From contig CAIIXF020000001.1 of NCBI GenBank assembly GCA_903813345.2, positions 47,554,001 to 47,618,000 of the forward strand: a stretch of DNA of 64,000 nt. Direction: 5' to 3'. This DNA comes from Owenia fusiformis. Taxonomy: Eukaryota. The notes below the pieces were generated by a model, which worked only from the letters and a program-made list of their open reading frames with translations, was not told the origin of the DNA and ran no database searches. A program made the translations under genes and the position numbers. Below, in pieces: positions 12,026-23,953 of this stretch; the stretch's first letter is position 1; each line of letters begins with the position of its first letter.

Positions 12026-14045
12026 TAGTGTTGTCACGATGTGATTTATCGTACATCGATGCATTGGCAATTTTCAGTTAGTAAACATCGATGCACATCA
12101 CGATGTACATCGAGAAAAAGTCAGAGAAAAGTGCACTGAAATCCTGAATGCTAATGCACTAAAATACCGAACAGAACACAGTGTTCGCGTTGACGCCGTT
12201 TTTTGCCATTTTTACGGAAATTTCAGAAGGTTGGACTTAAAAATCAAAATCAACTTACGTCCCTAGGACGCAAAAATTATAAACTGCTTCAAGATAACTT
12301 TTACTGCAGCACAGTAGCGGTGAAACATGATTTTCAAACTCACTACCTTGATATACGAGCAATGATCCAGGTATATTTATATCGACAAATCTGATTGGCT
12401 ATCATGACTACCCAAGATTAACAGGGTTTCCAGTATGAGACATGGATTTTGATTGGTTCCGATATATTCCGGAAAATGCCGCAATCGAAATGGAATATCA
12501 AAACATACAATATTGCAGAAATCCCCTGTGGTTCCCCACAAATTGAAACGATTGTTTTTCACGATTATCTTTATCATTTCCACTAGAAACCATTATGATC
12601 TAATGTTATACATCAAGATAAATGTTTAATGATAGATCGAGGTTTTTCATCTAAAAGTCTTCAGAATAAGGAGAAATGTTAATAAAAAGAAGCAAAAGTT
12701 CACGACCTTGACATGACCTTCAAGATCGCAGGTTTGTAAAATGTGAAAACAAAACTCTTAATTTGAGCATTTCCTTTATTCATTTCGGACTATTTTGGTA
12801 TAACATTACTTAAGAATTGTGTAAAAAGGACCCAGTGATAGATATTTATCGGGAGGATGCATCAAATTACAATATATGTCATTTTTATCCCATTATAGTG
12901 TAAGCACTCTATTATCGCCCACTTTATTTTCACTTTCACAATATTTCTTGAACTTTGTGAAGAAATAAGAGGGACGCAAAAAAATTAGATGGGGACTCAA
13001 ATTTTTCAAATGGGTTGCGTCCCTGGGACTCAGAAATTTTAATGGCCAGCGCGAACACTGGAACAAATTAATAAGAATACGCTGGTACATCCGGGAACTT
13101 CTAGTAACGGTGAAATGAAAGTAAAGTAATTTTTTTAGATAAATGGTTCATTTTGACTAGCTAAAACAGTTTTAAAGCGAAAGAATATCAGAAAACATTG
13201 GAAAATGAAATAAGACATGAGAAAGGTAAACGATTTGCGTCAAAATAAGATAAGAAAGGGTGATTTTTAGCAAATTAATTTTTTTTAAAAACATGGATGT
13301 TTTGTTTCAGACATCGATGCATTGCCAGAATCAGCTTTGGCGATGTACATGTACATCGCGGTGTATCGATTAAAGTGGGATTATCGACTGCCGAGTCGTA
13401 TCCAATAATCCTGGGCCTATCGTAAAATGAAAGCTTTAAATATATTGTTGCCTTAAAAATGTATCTATTTTCCATGTATGCAACTAGAATTTGTGCACAT
13501 ACCTTATATCGATCGATAATGGCAAAGGAAAATCCTCCAATTTTTTGTCTTCCTTTCTCCTTTCGTGTCCGCCATTTTTTATTAAACCGGAAGTTTGTTC
13601 TCTGTCGTCCGCACAATTTTTTTTCACTTTTATTTCAAATAACGCTTCAGTTTCAACTTTTAATGCTTTTTTATAATCGTCAAGTGTTTTCTATAAGAAA
13701 GTTTTCATAAAAAGACTCACACTGTCAGAGATTTTATCGATTCGAGCGGCCAGAAAAATTAGTTTCAATTTCACCGGCTAGGTGTTGCGACTTCGACTTG
13801 GAAAGAATTTGAAAAAATCTATGAGTGGGACTCCTTGTATGGAATTGTAGATTCTAAATGATTTGCCAGTTCTACTGGTTGATGAATATTGCCATATGCA
13901 TACATTTTTATAAAATAGGAATAAGGAAGAAGATGTTAGACCAAACTTCGCCCCGATAGCTCAGAAAAGGTAAAATTTCTCCATTTTTCTCTCCACAGAC
14001 TTGTAGAGCCGCTTTAATCGCGACGCTTTAATCGCGACAACACTA
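12026..14045. mobile_element. ~2-kb non-autonomous hAT-like element
   Basis: TAGTGTTGTCACGAT...ATCGCGACAACACTA; GGACCAAG at 12018-12025 and 14051-14058 (5-nt filler GTCTA); subterminal ATCGAT/ATCGCGA repeats. Confidence 0.75.
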
Positions 14046-14860
14046 GTCTAGGACCAAGGTGTTTAGATTTGGACCAGGTGTTCACAATTTGAAGGAAGAT
14101 GTTCAACATTTGTAAGTTACTTATTTAGGTGCTCCCAGGTTGACAGGCCTGTATTTGAGACATCCACAAGTTCAAGAAAAGTCCCAAATTGAAGTTCAAA
14201 ATTGGCAAAAAATCAAAAACAGCAAAGAAATTAACTAGAAAAAAAAGGTTTCTAGCCTACCTTGGAAGTTTAGTCGTCGTCGTACGACTGATACTGCAGC
14301 TCCTATCATGTCTAAGGTAGTGCTTCTTCCCATTGAGTGGGTAGTTTACAGTTTTAAATTGTAAAATGTTGAAGAAGTATTTTTCACAAACGTGTTGAAT
14401 TTTTGTCTAGAAGTCAAACTATATGTGTAACATAATCTTTCGAAAACAAGAGAGAGAAAAATTAAAATGGTGAATAAACCTCCTAATAGAGTCTCTGAGT
14501 ATCAGATATGATTTTATATAATTATCAAAAAATAATTTATTGTAGTTGATCTGTTAAAAAGCGAGCCTAAAATTTTAATTCGTTCTAAATATACCAATTC
14601 AAGTTTGACATGCCGAGATCTCTCACGGCCGCCCAGGGGGGGAGATTTCCCAAAGATGCCCTATCATATTAGCACGTTCGAAAACAAATTTTATAAACAG
14701 GCCTCAATTTGCCGTTGAAATGGATCTCCAAATGTTCACTGTAGTTTTATGAGTATTCTCTACAAGTATGGATCGAGTAACTTCAATAGTATTACCGTAG
14801 GTTTGAAATGATGATGTTGAACTGATGTTAACGCCATTCCAACGATTTCAAATTTAACTC

Positions 14861-14931
14861 TGCGCATGCGCAGCACGGAGAGAGCACGTGCTCATGATTG
14901 TTCACGTGATCGAATCCTGCAATTTGATTGG
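14861..14931. promoter_or_regulatory. Promoter-like motif cluster (NRF1 site, two E-boxes, CCAAT box)
   Basis: TGCGCATGCGCA 14861-14872; GAGCACGTGCTC 14882-14893; TCACGTGA 14902-14909; ATTGG 14927-14931. Confidence 0.5.
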
Positions 14932-15282
14932 AGATGATGCAAGAGATGATGTAATGGGGAATCCCCGAATACGATAGAATATGAAAGAATTATGGGAGCT
15001 ACTCACTCCTCCTGACGGCCGCCAGAATGTCTGCGAATATGATCTAGAGATTGATGCAAAGATAGGAATGTTAGGCAGACGGCAGTGTCTAGACGACTAA
15101 GTAGCCTATTGTCTAGACTTTCTTGTGATACATACTTTAGTTTTGGGAGTCAGAGAAATATTCAAGTTCTTCAGTGGCAGCCCAGGCCGGGCATGCACTT
15201 GCCCTGCACTTTGAATTTCGCAGCAGGTAACTTATCTATAGCCTAGATCTAGCCATAGGCCTATTCTGTGGGGGGGGGGTTA

Positions 15283-15570
15283 CAGGGGCGGATCTGGGAA
15301 CCAACAAGGGGGGGGGCCCAAACTTCTGGTCTGAGAAAAAATCTTGCGCAAAAATTTTTTTTGGGCCCCTAAAACCACAATGTGGGCCCAGATTTTGAAA
15401 TTTTGAGGCCCATTTTCTTCAAAATTTGGCCTAAAATTAAAAAATAAGGCCTTAGAAGGCCCATTTATGACCAAAAAGGCCCACTTTTTAGGGCCACAAG
15501 GCCTTTTTTGGCTCAAAAATTTTTTTGGGCCCAATTTTTTTTTTCTGGGCCCCCCCCAGATCCGCCAGTG
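15283..15570. mobile_element. hAT-like MITE, 5-bp TSD
   Basis: CAGGGGCGGATCTGGG...CCCAGATCCGCCAGTG; GGTTA on both flanks; internal GGCCC repeats. Confidence 0.8.
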
Positions 15571-15735
15571 GGTTAAAGATCCAATTCTAAGCCAGGTTTT
15601 GGTAAGTTCACATTCGAGAACTGTGAAAGTGCGGTTCCAGGGGGCTAGTCGATGCCCCCCCCCCTTGAGTGGGCCCAGAAACGTTTTTAGGGCCCCAAAA
15701 TATATTTGGCCAACAAATTTTGCTGGGCCTCCACT

Positions 15736-16118
15736 TACCCTTTGCATTCGTTTGACTTCACTTCTTAAAAGAGAGCTTCGTCTTCACTCTTTCAAACTAA
15801 AATAAACCTGTGAACTCACCGCGCCAATCAGTGTTCGTCGGCCAAATTTGACCGACGTTCTACATATGGTCATTCCTTCTGACGTCATCGTTGAGCCCGG
15901 AATTGACCAATGACATGCGCATATTTAATTAGAACGCATTTGGCGTATGTTTGTTCAGGCTTGCTGAATGGTGGAAGAAAGGTCAGCGCATAGGTCAGAA
16001 GTGATTTATATTATTACCCAAACTGTCACCGGTACCCGTCGTGGGGGCGGGGCTACTAAACTGTAATATGGTCTCTACTAGGCAGAGTGTAGTTAAACTA
16101 GACTCTGCACGCAGGGTA
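15736..16118. mobile_element. TACCCT..AGGGTA non-autonomous element, copy 1
   Basis: High-identity inverted copy at 62940-63220. Confidence 0.8.
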
Positions 16119-16841
16119 CCAAGACTGGACTTTTGTTTGGCGAAACTTGGACTTCTGGGCCTTTTAGGCAAAATTATCTATAAATGGGCTTCAAATTTTT
16201 TTAGAACGTGACTCTGGGCACCCCCCCCCCCTCTGCCCCCCCCCAAAACAGGAAATTAAAAAAGCATGAGGATTTTTTAATATTTTTGAATTGTTATAAA
16301 AGAGTTCTGTTTTGACCTTTAGTCCATTTTTCTTATAGACAGAGCCTAAGGATGAAGTATCAGCCTGAGAGACTTGCTGTGATCAAAGATAAAAGAGATT
16401 GAAAGATAAGAAGAATAACCAGTGTCTAGACGACTACAACAGTACTATTGCTACTTTCAGAAATCTTCATGTTCAATGGCATGCCTTGTACGTTTGCAGG
16501 TAACTTGATTATCCCTGACACCTGGGGAGGGTGATTACTAGTATATCAGGGGCTTAGCCAGTTTTCAGACAGGGGGGGTGCGATCGTGGCATAAAGCAAG
16601 CCAATTTGTTTCTAAGAATATTGCAAAATTGATGCAACTTGAGCTAGAAAATCATAAAAAGCATTTTAAAGTTATTTTCTTCTTTTATCTCATGATTCTA
16701 TTTTAATTGGTTATGGGTTTGATTATGCTCCCCTGGCAACGCCTATGGTCCAATAGACGCGATAGTTCAGAGTGACAACAATATTCTACATCAAGCTCAA
16801 CTTCTGGGTACAGATTTTTTATACATCTGGGTAATAAATTG

Positions 16842-17333
16842 CAGGCCTGTCAACTTGGGAACACCTAACATGAGTGACTTGGAAATGTTGAACACCTCCC
16901 CTCAAAATGTGGACACCTTGGTCCAAATCTGAACACCTTGATCCAAATTTTGAACACCTTGGTTTAAATTTTATTACATCTTGCCAAATTTTGAACACCT
17001 CAAATTTTTCGGCGCTCACTACGCTCGCATTTCAAACATCCATCAACGGAGGGGGGGTAGGTACGAAAAATTTCGAACGGAATGCGTGACATATACGTAA
17101 TTCGTGTGAAAAGTCCGAACGAAATGCGTACATTTTTTTCCGTCGTTCGTATTTTTGCTGTGTAGACAATCTTTTTTAGAAATTTTTCTACAGAAATATT
17201 TTTGCTTGACAATTACCAGGTAAAATGCGTATTTGCGTGACATTTTCTGTCACGCAAAAAAAACTGGCATGACTTCAAATTCTTCAGCAAATGCGTGACA
17301 AATACGCAAATTGCGGGACAGTTGACAGGCCTG
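16842..17333. mobile_element. hAT-like MITE, 14-bp TIR CAGGCCTGTCAACT, 6-bp TSD
   Basis: Perfect 14-bp TIRs; AAATTG on both flanks; subterminal GAACACCT and GCGTGACA repeats. Confidence 0.8.
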
Positions 17334-17715
17334 AAATTGATACAGGGTCCCATTTTAAACACATCATTTCAGCTTTATTTGACATTCTTCTTCACATGTA
17401 TTTGCACAAACGATAAAAATACATCATATGAAATGCATTTTCACAAATATTTTCCGGACCAGCCGATAATCATTGAATGTTTTATCATGAAGTCATGACT
17501 TCGTTCCTGGAAACTGAGACCAGATGTCTCGATGTGAAACAAGAAGCAAGTTCTCGTGTATATAACATGGGCTTGATTTCATGTTGGTATAGTTTGACTT
17601 GTATAAATTGTAAGGGTTGTAACTTGATAATAGTATAAACTTTATAACATGTGACTGAGACAATTACCAATCATGCATGCATATGATTGCCCATTAATGA
17701 TCATTGTATGCCCTG

Positions 17716-17933
17716 CTGGCCCGTAGCCAGGATTTACCTGGGGGGAGTGGTTTTACCAAAGGGGACTTTTTGCCTAGGCGGGGGGAGCTTTTTGACAGTT
17801 TTGGCAAAAAATCTTGCGAAAAGTGCTCAGAATAGTGAAAAACTACATGATTTTATAAAAGAATTTCTGTCCTGGAGTGGAGCTGCCCCTCCCTGCCCCC
17901 CCCCCCCGCTCCCACCCCCTGGCTACAGGCCTG
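17716..17933. mobile_element. MITE of the GGCCCGTAGCCAGG family
   Basis: Same TIR family as 11286-11495; TSD degenerate. Confidence 0.7.
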
Positions 17934-18284
17934 CTCTGCTTGTTAATTATTATTAGACATATACTGATGCAATTTGTATTATCTGCTTCAGGATGAGCAA
18001 GGATGGAAAAAGTGGGATGGTGCAGTAAGAATGTATAATCCAATTTTTCAACACACGACTTTATCACAGAGAGTCAGACTGATTTATTTTTCAAACAACA
18101 GACAGAGGTAAGGGCCCTAAACTTTGATGATTTTTATTATCAGACACTTGGGTGCTAAATTGTGATCAGTTTGCTGGTCAATGCATAGGCGGTTGGGCAG
18201 TCTTTCAATAAATCTTGTCTAGGCTACAGATTTCAAGCCAAATCAGTCAATTCAGCTTATCAGTTTAGGACTGATAGTGTATTT

Positions 18285-20451
18285 GTCACTCAATGTCATA
18301 TCTTGTATCATACCATATCACTGACTGTCATATCATGTGTCAAACCATGTCACTCCCTGTCATATCTTGTAACATACCATGTCACTCACTGTCATATATC
18401 GTAACATACCATGTAACTCATTGTCACAACTTGTCACTTACTGTCATACCTTGTAACAATCCATGCCACTCATTGTCATATCTTGTAACACACCCTGCCA
18501 CTCAATGTTATGTTTTGTTTCATACCATGTCACTCACTGTCATATCTTGTTACATTCCATGTCACTCAATGTCATATTTTGTATCGTACCATGTCACTCA
18601 CTGTCATATCTTGTAACATACCATGTTACTCACTGACATATCTTGTAACAATTACCCAAATGCGAGTAGGTAGTTACCAGTTTTACCACCAGGTGGCTGA
18701 TTCGGGTCAATTAACATGGCAGGTATATAAGAAAGTTTCCTTAAACTTGAATATTATCAATTTAAGTGGCTCAATTTTCATATAACCCTTATGTGCCTAA
18801 TACTTATACTAATGGAAAAATGTCCGGTAAAGCAAAATATTATCTGTCCACTAAAAGAAAAGATATTTCATTTTTTGTGATTTTATAGCATGGGGTCTAT
18901 GAGGAATCTCCCCGAGCTAGAAGTCACATTTTCAAAGAAAATTAATTTTTCAAAGTTGATAAAAACTTTTTAAAACCACATTTCTAGATGTAATTTAACA
19001 TGTAGATTTCAAATATGACTTTGACTGAATTTTGAATTTTTAATGACGTAAATCAAGATAATTTCTACTCGCATCTGGGTTATTAATGTCATATCATGTA
19101 TCATTCCATGTCACAAACTGTCATATAATGTGACATATCATGCCACTCATTGTCATATCTTGTATCATACCATGTCACTCACTGTCATATCATGTATCAT
19201 ACCATGTCACAGAATGTCATATCGTGTAACATACAATGTCACTTACTATCTGATCTTGTAACATATGTCACTCAATGTCATATCTTGTAAAATAGCGTGT
19301 CACTCAATGTCATATCTTATATCATTCCATTCCACTAACTGTCATATCTTGTAACATACCATGTCACTCACTGTCATATCTTGTAACATACCACATCACT
19401 CACTGTCATATCACATATCATACCATGTCAAAGACTGTCATATAATGCGACATCAAATTTTTACTGTTTTTGAGATATTTGACGTCAAAAAACAGTAAAA
19501 ATAAGTTACTTTTCAACTTGCTTCACTTGACCAAATTTTTTTTGAAAATCATCTTCAAGTTGCCAGGAGTTTTAGGATTAGTTTTAGGATTTGACCTTTA
19601 CTTGACCTTCAGTACAGTGACCTTTGAAAGGTCAAAAAGGTTGATTTTTCAAATTGATTTTTGGATGTAAATTTTGGTCAGCTTAATCACGAAAGACCTT
19701 ATTGAGCTCTGAATAATTTAAAATTTTCAAGGTCAAAGGTCATCAAACTAGGTCACACTACTGTGCTATCTAAATTTCTCAAAGTTGGAGACTACAAATC
19801 CAAATCAATAGTTTTGTTTGAAAGTCAGGATATACATTCCTCTGAAGGTTCCAAACTGTGTGAGCACAGGACTGTGGGTCCTTATTTTGTAACATACCAT
19901 GTCACACACTGTCATATCATGTATCATACTATGTCACAGACTGTCATATCTTGTAACATACAATGTCCCTTACTGTCTGATCTTGTAACATATGTCACTC
20001 AATGTCATATCTTGTAACAAACCGTGTCACTCACTGTCATATCTTATATCATTCCATTCAACTAACTGTCGATATCTTGTAACATACCATGCCACTCACT
20101 GTCATATCATGTATCATACCATGTCACAGTCTGTCATATCATATGACATACCATGTCACTCATTGTCATTTATTGTAACATACCATGCCAATCACTGTCA
20201 TATTTTGTAACATATCACGTCACACACTGTCATATCATGTATCATACCATGTCCCTTACTGCCAAATCTTGTATCATACTACGTAACTCACTCAAATCAG
20301 GTAGCATACTATGTTACTCACTGTCATATCTTGTAACACCATGTCACTCATTGACATATCTTGAAACATACCATGTCATCTACTATCATATTTGTAACAT
20401 ACCATGGCACTCAATGTCATATCATGTATCATACCATGTCACTGACTGTCA
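18285..20451 (+). repeat. 32-bp satellite in three blocks (18285-18650, ~19085-19450, ~19886-20451) split by two insertions
   Basis: Consensus GTCACTCACTGTCATATCTTGTAACATACCAT. Confidence 0.9.
18654..19080. mobile_element. TIR element inserted in the 32-bp satellite
   Basis: ACCCAAATGCGAGTAG ... CTACTCGCATCTGGGT. Confidence 0.65.
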
Positions 20452-22374
20452 TTTTTGAAAAATGACCACCATTTTTACTTTTTTTTACTATAAATCAAAA
20501 AGTAGTGAAGTGATTTTGTTCATATTTGGTATGTGAATACTATAAGCATGGCACACTGTCTAATGACACTTTTGGTGGAAGGCTGCCATTTTTCAATATG
20601 GCTGCCATTTTAATGGTTTTTACTGTACCTCAAAACGTAGTGGAGGGTTTTTGTTCATATTTGGTATGTGAATACTATAAGCATGGCACACTGTCTAATG
20701 ACACTTTTGGTAGAAGGCGGCCATTTTGAAAAATGGCGACCATTTTTACATTTTTTACTATAGCTCAAAAAGTAGTAGAGCGATTTTGTTCATATTTTAT
20801 ATGTGAATACTATAAGCATGGCACACTGTCTAATGACACTTTGGGTAGTAGGCGACCATTTTGAAAAATGGCGACCATTTTTACATTTTTTACTATAACT
20901 CAAAAAGTAGTAGAGCGATTTTGTTCATATTTTATATGTGAATACTATAAGCATGGCACACTGTCTAATGACACTTTGGGTAGTAGGCGACCATTTTGAA
21001 AAATGGCGACCTTTTTTACATTTTTTACTATACTGACTCAAAAAGTAGTAGAGCGATTTTGTTCATATTTTATATGTGAATACTATAAGCATGGCACACT
21101 GTCTAATGACAATTTGGGTAGTAGGCGACCATTTTGAAAAATGGCGACCATTTTTACATTTTTTACTATAACTCAAAAAGTAGTAGAGCGATTTTGTTCA
21201 TATTTTATATGTGAATACTATAAGCATGGCACACTGTCTAATGACACTTTGTGTAGTAGGCGACCATTTTGAAAAATGGCGACCATTTTTACATTTTTTA
21301 CTATAACTCAAAAAGTAGTAGAGCGATTTTGTTCATATTTTATATGTGAATACTATAAGCATGGCACACTGTCTAATGACGCTTTGGGTAGTAGGCGACC
21401 ATTTTGAAAAATGCCGACCATTTTTACATTTTTTACTATAACTCAAAAAGTAGTAGAGCGATTTTGTTCATATTTTATATGTGAATACTATAAGCATGGC
21501 ACACTGTCTAATGACGCTTTGGGTAGTAGGCGACCATTTTGAAAAATGCCGACCATTTTTACATTTTTTACTATAATTCAAAAAGTAGTAGAGCGATTTT
21601 GTTCATATTTTATATGCGAATACTATAAGCATGGCACACTGTCTAATGACACTTTGGGTAGTAGGCAACCATTTTGAAAAATGGTGACCATTTTTACATT
21701 TTTTACTATAACTCAAAAAGTAGTAGAGCGATTTTGTTCATATTTTATATGTGAATACTATAAGCATGGCACACTGTCTAATGACACTTTGGGTAGTAGG
21801 CGACCATTTTGAAAAATGGCGACCATTTTTACATTTTTTACTATAACTCAAAATGTAGTAGAGCGATTTTGTTCATATTTTATATGTGAATACTATAAGC
21901 ATGGCACACTGTCTAATGACACTTTGGGTAGTAGGCGACCATTTTGAAAAATGGCGACCATTTTTACATTTTTTACTATAACTCAAAAAGTAGTAGAGCG
22001 ATTTTGTTCATATTTTATATGTGAATACTATAAGCATGGCACACTGTCTAATGACACTTTGGGTAGTAGGCAACCATTTTGAAACATGGTGACCATTTTT
22101 ACATTTTTTACTATAACTCAAAAAGTAGTAGAGCGATTTTGTTCATATTTTATATGTGAATACTATAAGCATGGCACACTGTCTAATGACGCTTTGGGTA
22201 GTAGGTGACCATTTTGAAAAATGGCGACCATTTTTACATTTTTTACTATAACTCAAAAAGTAGTAGAGCAATTTTGTTCATATTTTATATGTGAATACTA
22301 TAAGCATGGCACACTGTCAAATGACACTTTGGGTAAAAGGCAGCCATTTTTCAAAATGACCACCATTTTTTACT
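20452..22374 (-). repeat. 135-bp tandem array, ~14 units, inverted (right arm inner domain)
   Basis: Reverse complement of the same unit; abuts the 32-bp satellite at ~20452. Confidence 0.95.
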
Positions 22375-23669
22375 CTTTTTATTCTTACTCAAAAAGTAAT
22401 GGAGCCATTTTGTTATTGGTTATGGGGAAGAGGGTTTGCACCCATCATGCCTCCCCCCCCCCCCGCCACACCAATGATCTAATACAAATGGTCACCCAAA
22501 TACTTGAATTGGTGATTATTCTGATATACATGTAACATTTTAATGTTTTTTTTATATTTGCAAATCAAGGGTAAGGTAGATGATAAATATTATGTTGTGG
22601 CATACAGATTCATGAATTTAGTGTTCTTTGGCATTTGCTGCGCTATGGAGTTTGCATATTTCTAGTACTTTATTCAATTTACTGGACATAAGTGAATGAT
22701 AAATGAACAAAAGGCACAATACAGAAAAGAAAATAATTTAAATATTATTTGCTTATTTCAGGATGTATGGCATGGGTAATCAGCATGTCAAAAACATATA
22801 GATAGAATATGGTGGAATAACAGCAGGGAATAGATGGAAAAACAGATTGCATGTGGAATTGCCACAATACTTCACCGGTATTTATCGTGAAGAACAACTT
22901 TTATTTAATTCACTGGAAGGAGCTGTTGACATATGAACAATTAGGATGATAAATGATATGGAGGGCTTGAGGAATGACCACATTACTTCACCAGTGTTTA
23001 TATACATATATATTAGCTGATTAAAAAATAAAAAGACATATGCAACATTAACAATAGGCATAATATATGATACAGGATGGCACACAAGGATTTATGTACA
23101 TACTGCAAATCATATTCAAGGATATTTAAATGATACCAGATGGAATGATGATTTGTGACAGTTGTGATTCTTATAGACCATGATGTGAGTCAACTCTGGA
23201 GATGCCCCCCCCCCCTCACACACAAACAATAGCATTTTGAATCAAGTGTGTACATGCCACCCCTCCCAATAAACTTTAGCAACATTTCAAAGATAAAAGA
23301 CTGATGTTGATATAATTCAGTACAAAGATGAAAAATGGAATTTTTTGCAAGGGTTAATATAGTATGGTAATTACATAGAGATACATGTATGTGATGGCTT
23401 GATAGCATATACTTTGATCAGCATTAGTCAAGTTTTGAAATCACTTTATCCCGCAGCAAATTTTTTTACCAAGCGCTGGTACGGGACAGTGGGTTTGAAA
23501 ACCTGACTGTCCCGTAGCTCAGTGCTACAAAGTGCTCATACGGGATAAAGGTGTTTGACTTCGTGAATATCCCGCGAGCCCTATAAAATTACGTGACAGT
23601 GTAACTTCGATTCATCATATCCCGATCTGTGAAAAACATTTGTCGTGATCGGGACTAAAAATCAGATCT
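22375..23669 (-). repeat. Right arm, unique outer domain of the giant element
   Basis: Reverse complement of 5216-~6505. Confidence 0.92.
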
Positions 23670-23953
23670 TAAGAATCTACCATTCTCAATACTTTTATAC
23701 TAATTATGAGCCTAAAGATCAGAGAAGGTGTGTTTCTACTTGAAAAGTGAATAGACGTCTTTATTTAGGATTGTTTTTAGTTTCATAGTCTTACTTTTAC
23801 AACTTTAAATAGGCATAGTCGTTTTTGGTAAATTGGGGAGCAAAATTTGGAATTTGTGGTTTGGTTACCAAATGCCATTCTCTTCATAGGCATTTAGCTC
23901 AAAACTATACTATAGAACATGACAAATAAACCACTGCAAATTATGTTCATTAG

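Larger units (their letters stand above)
11025..14151 (-). mobile_element. Interrupted, decayed copy of the CAGGCCTGTCAACT-TIR element carrying nested insertions
   Basis: 11025-11140, ~11940-12025 and 14051-14151 match, in order, the reverse complement of 16842-17333; no TSD preserved. Confidence 0.55.
5216..23669. mobile_element. Giant (18,454 bp) non-autonomous foldback-type DNA transposon with ~3.2-kb inverted arms and 8-bp TSD
   Basis: Starts AGATCTGAT (5216), ends ATCAGATCT (23669); TAAGAATC at both 5208-5215 and 23670-23677; mirror ORFs in the track (5477-5695+/23190-23408-, 5800-6003+/22882-23085-) share the same symmetry axis; no long ORF inside. Confidence 0.9.

Noticed and set aside
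15280..15805. Overlapping 155-aa and 112-aa ORFs
   Set aside because: They span GC-rich MITEs with homopolymer runs and show no recognisable domain.
18293..20458. Cys/His-rich ORFs suggesting metal-binding proteins
   Set aside because: They are translations of the 32-bp satellite in several frames.
5216..23669. Polinton/Maverick (size and AG..CT termini fit)
   Set aside because: The TSD is 8 bp rather than 6, and there are no pPolB, integrase, ATPase or capsid ORFs.
5216..23669. Assembly mirror artefact
   Set aside because: The arms differ by substitutions and in array order and number, a TSD is present, and the host gene continues in phase across it. Long reads would settle it.
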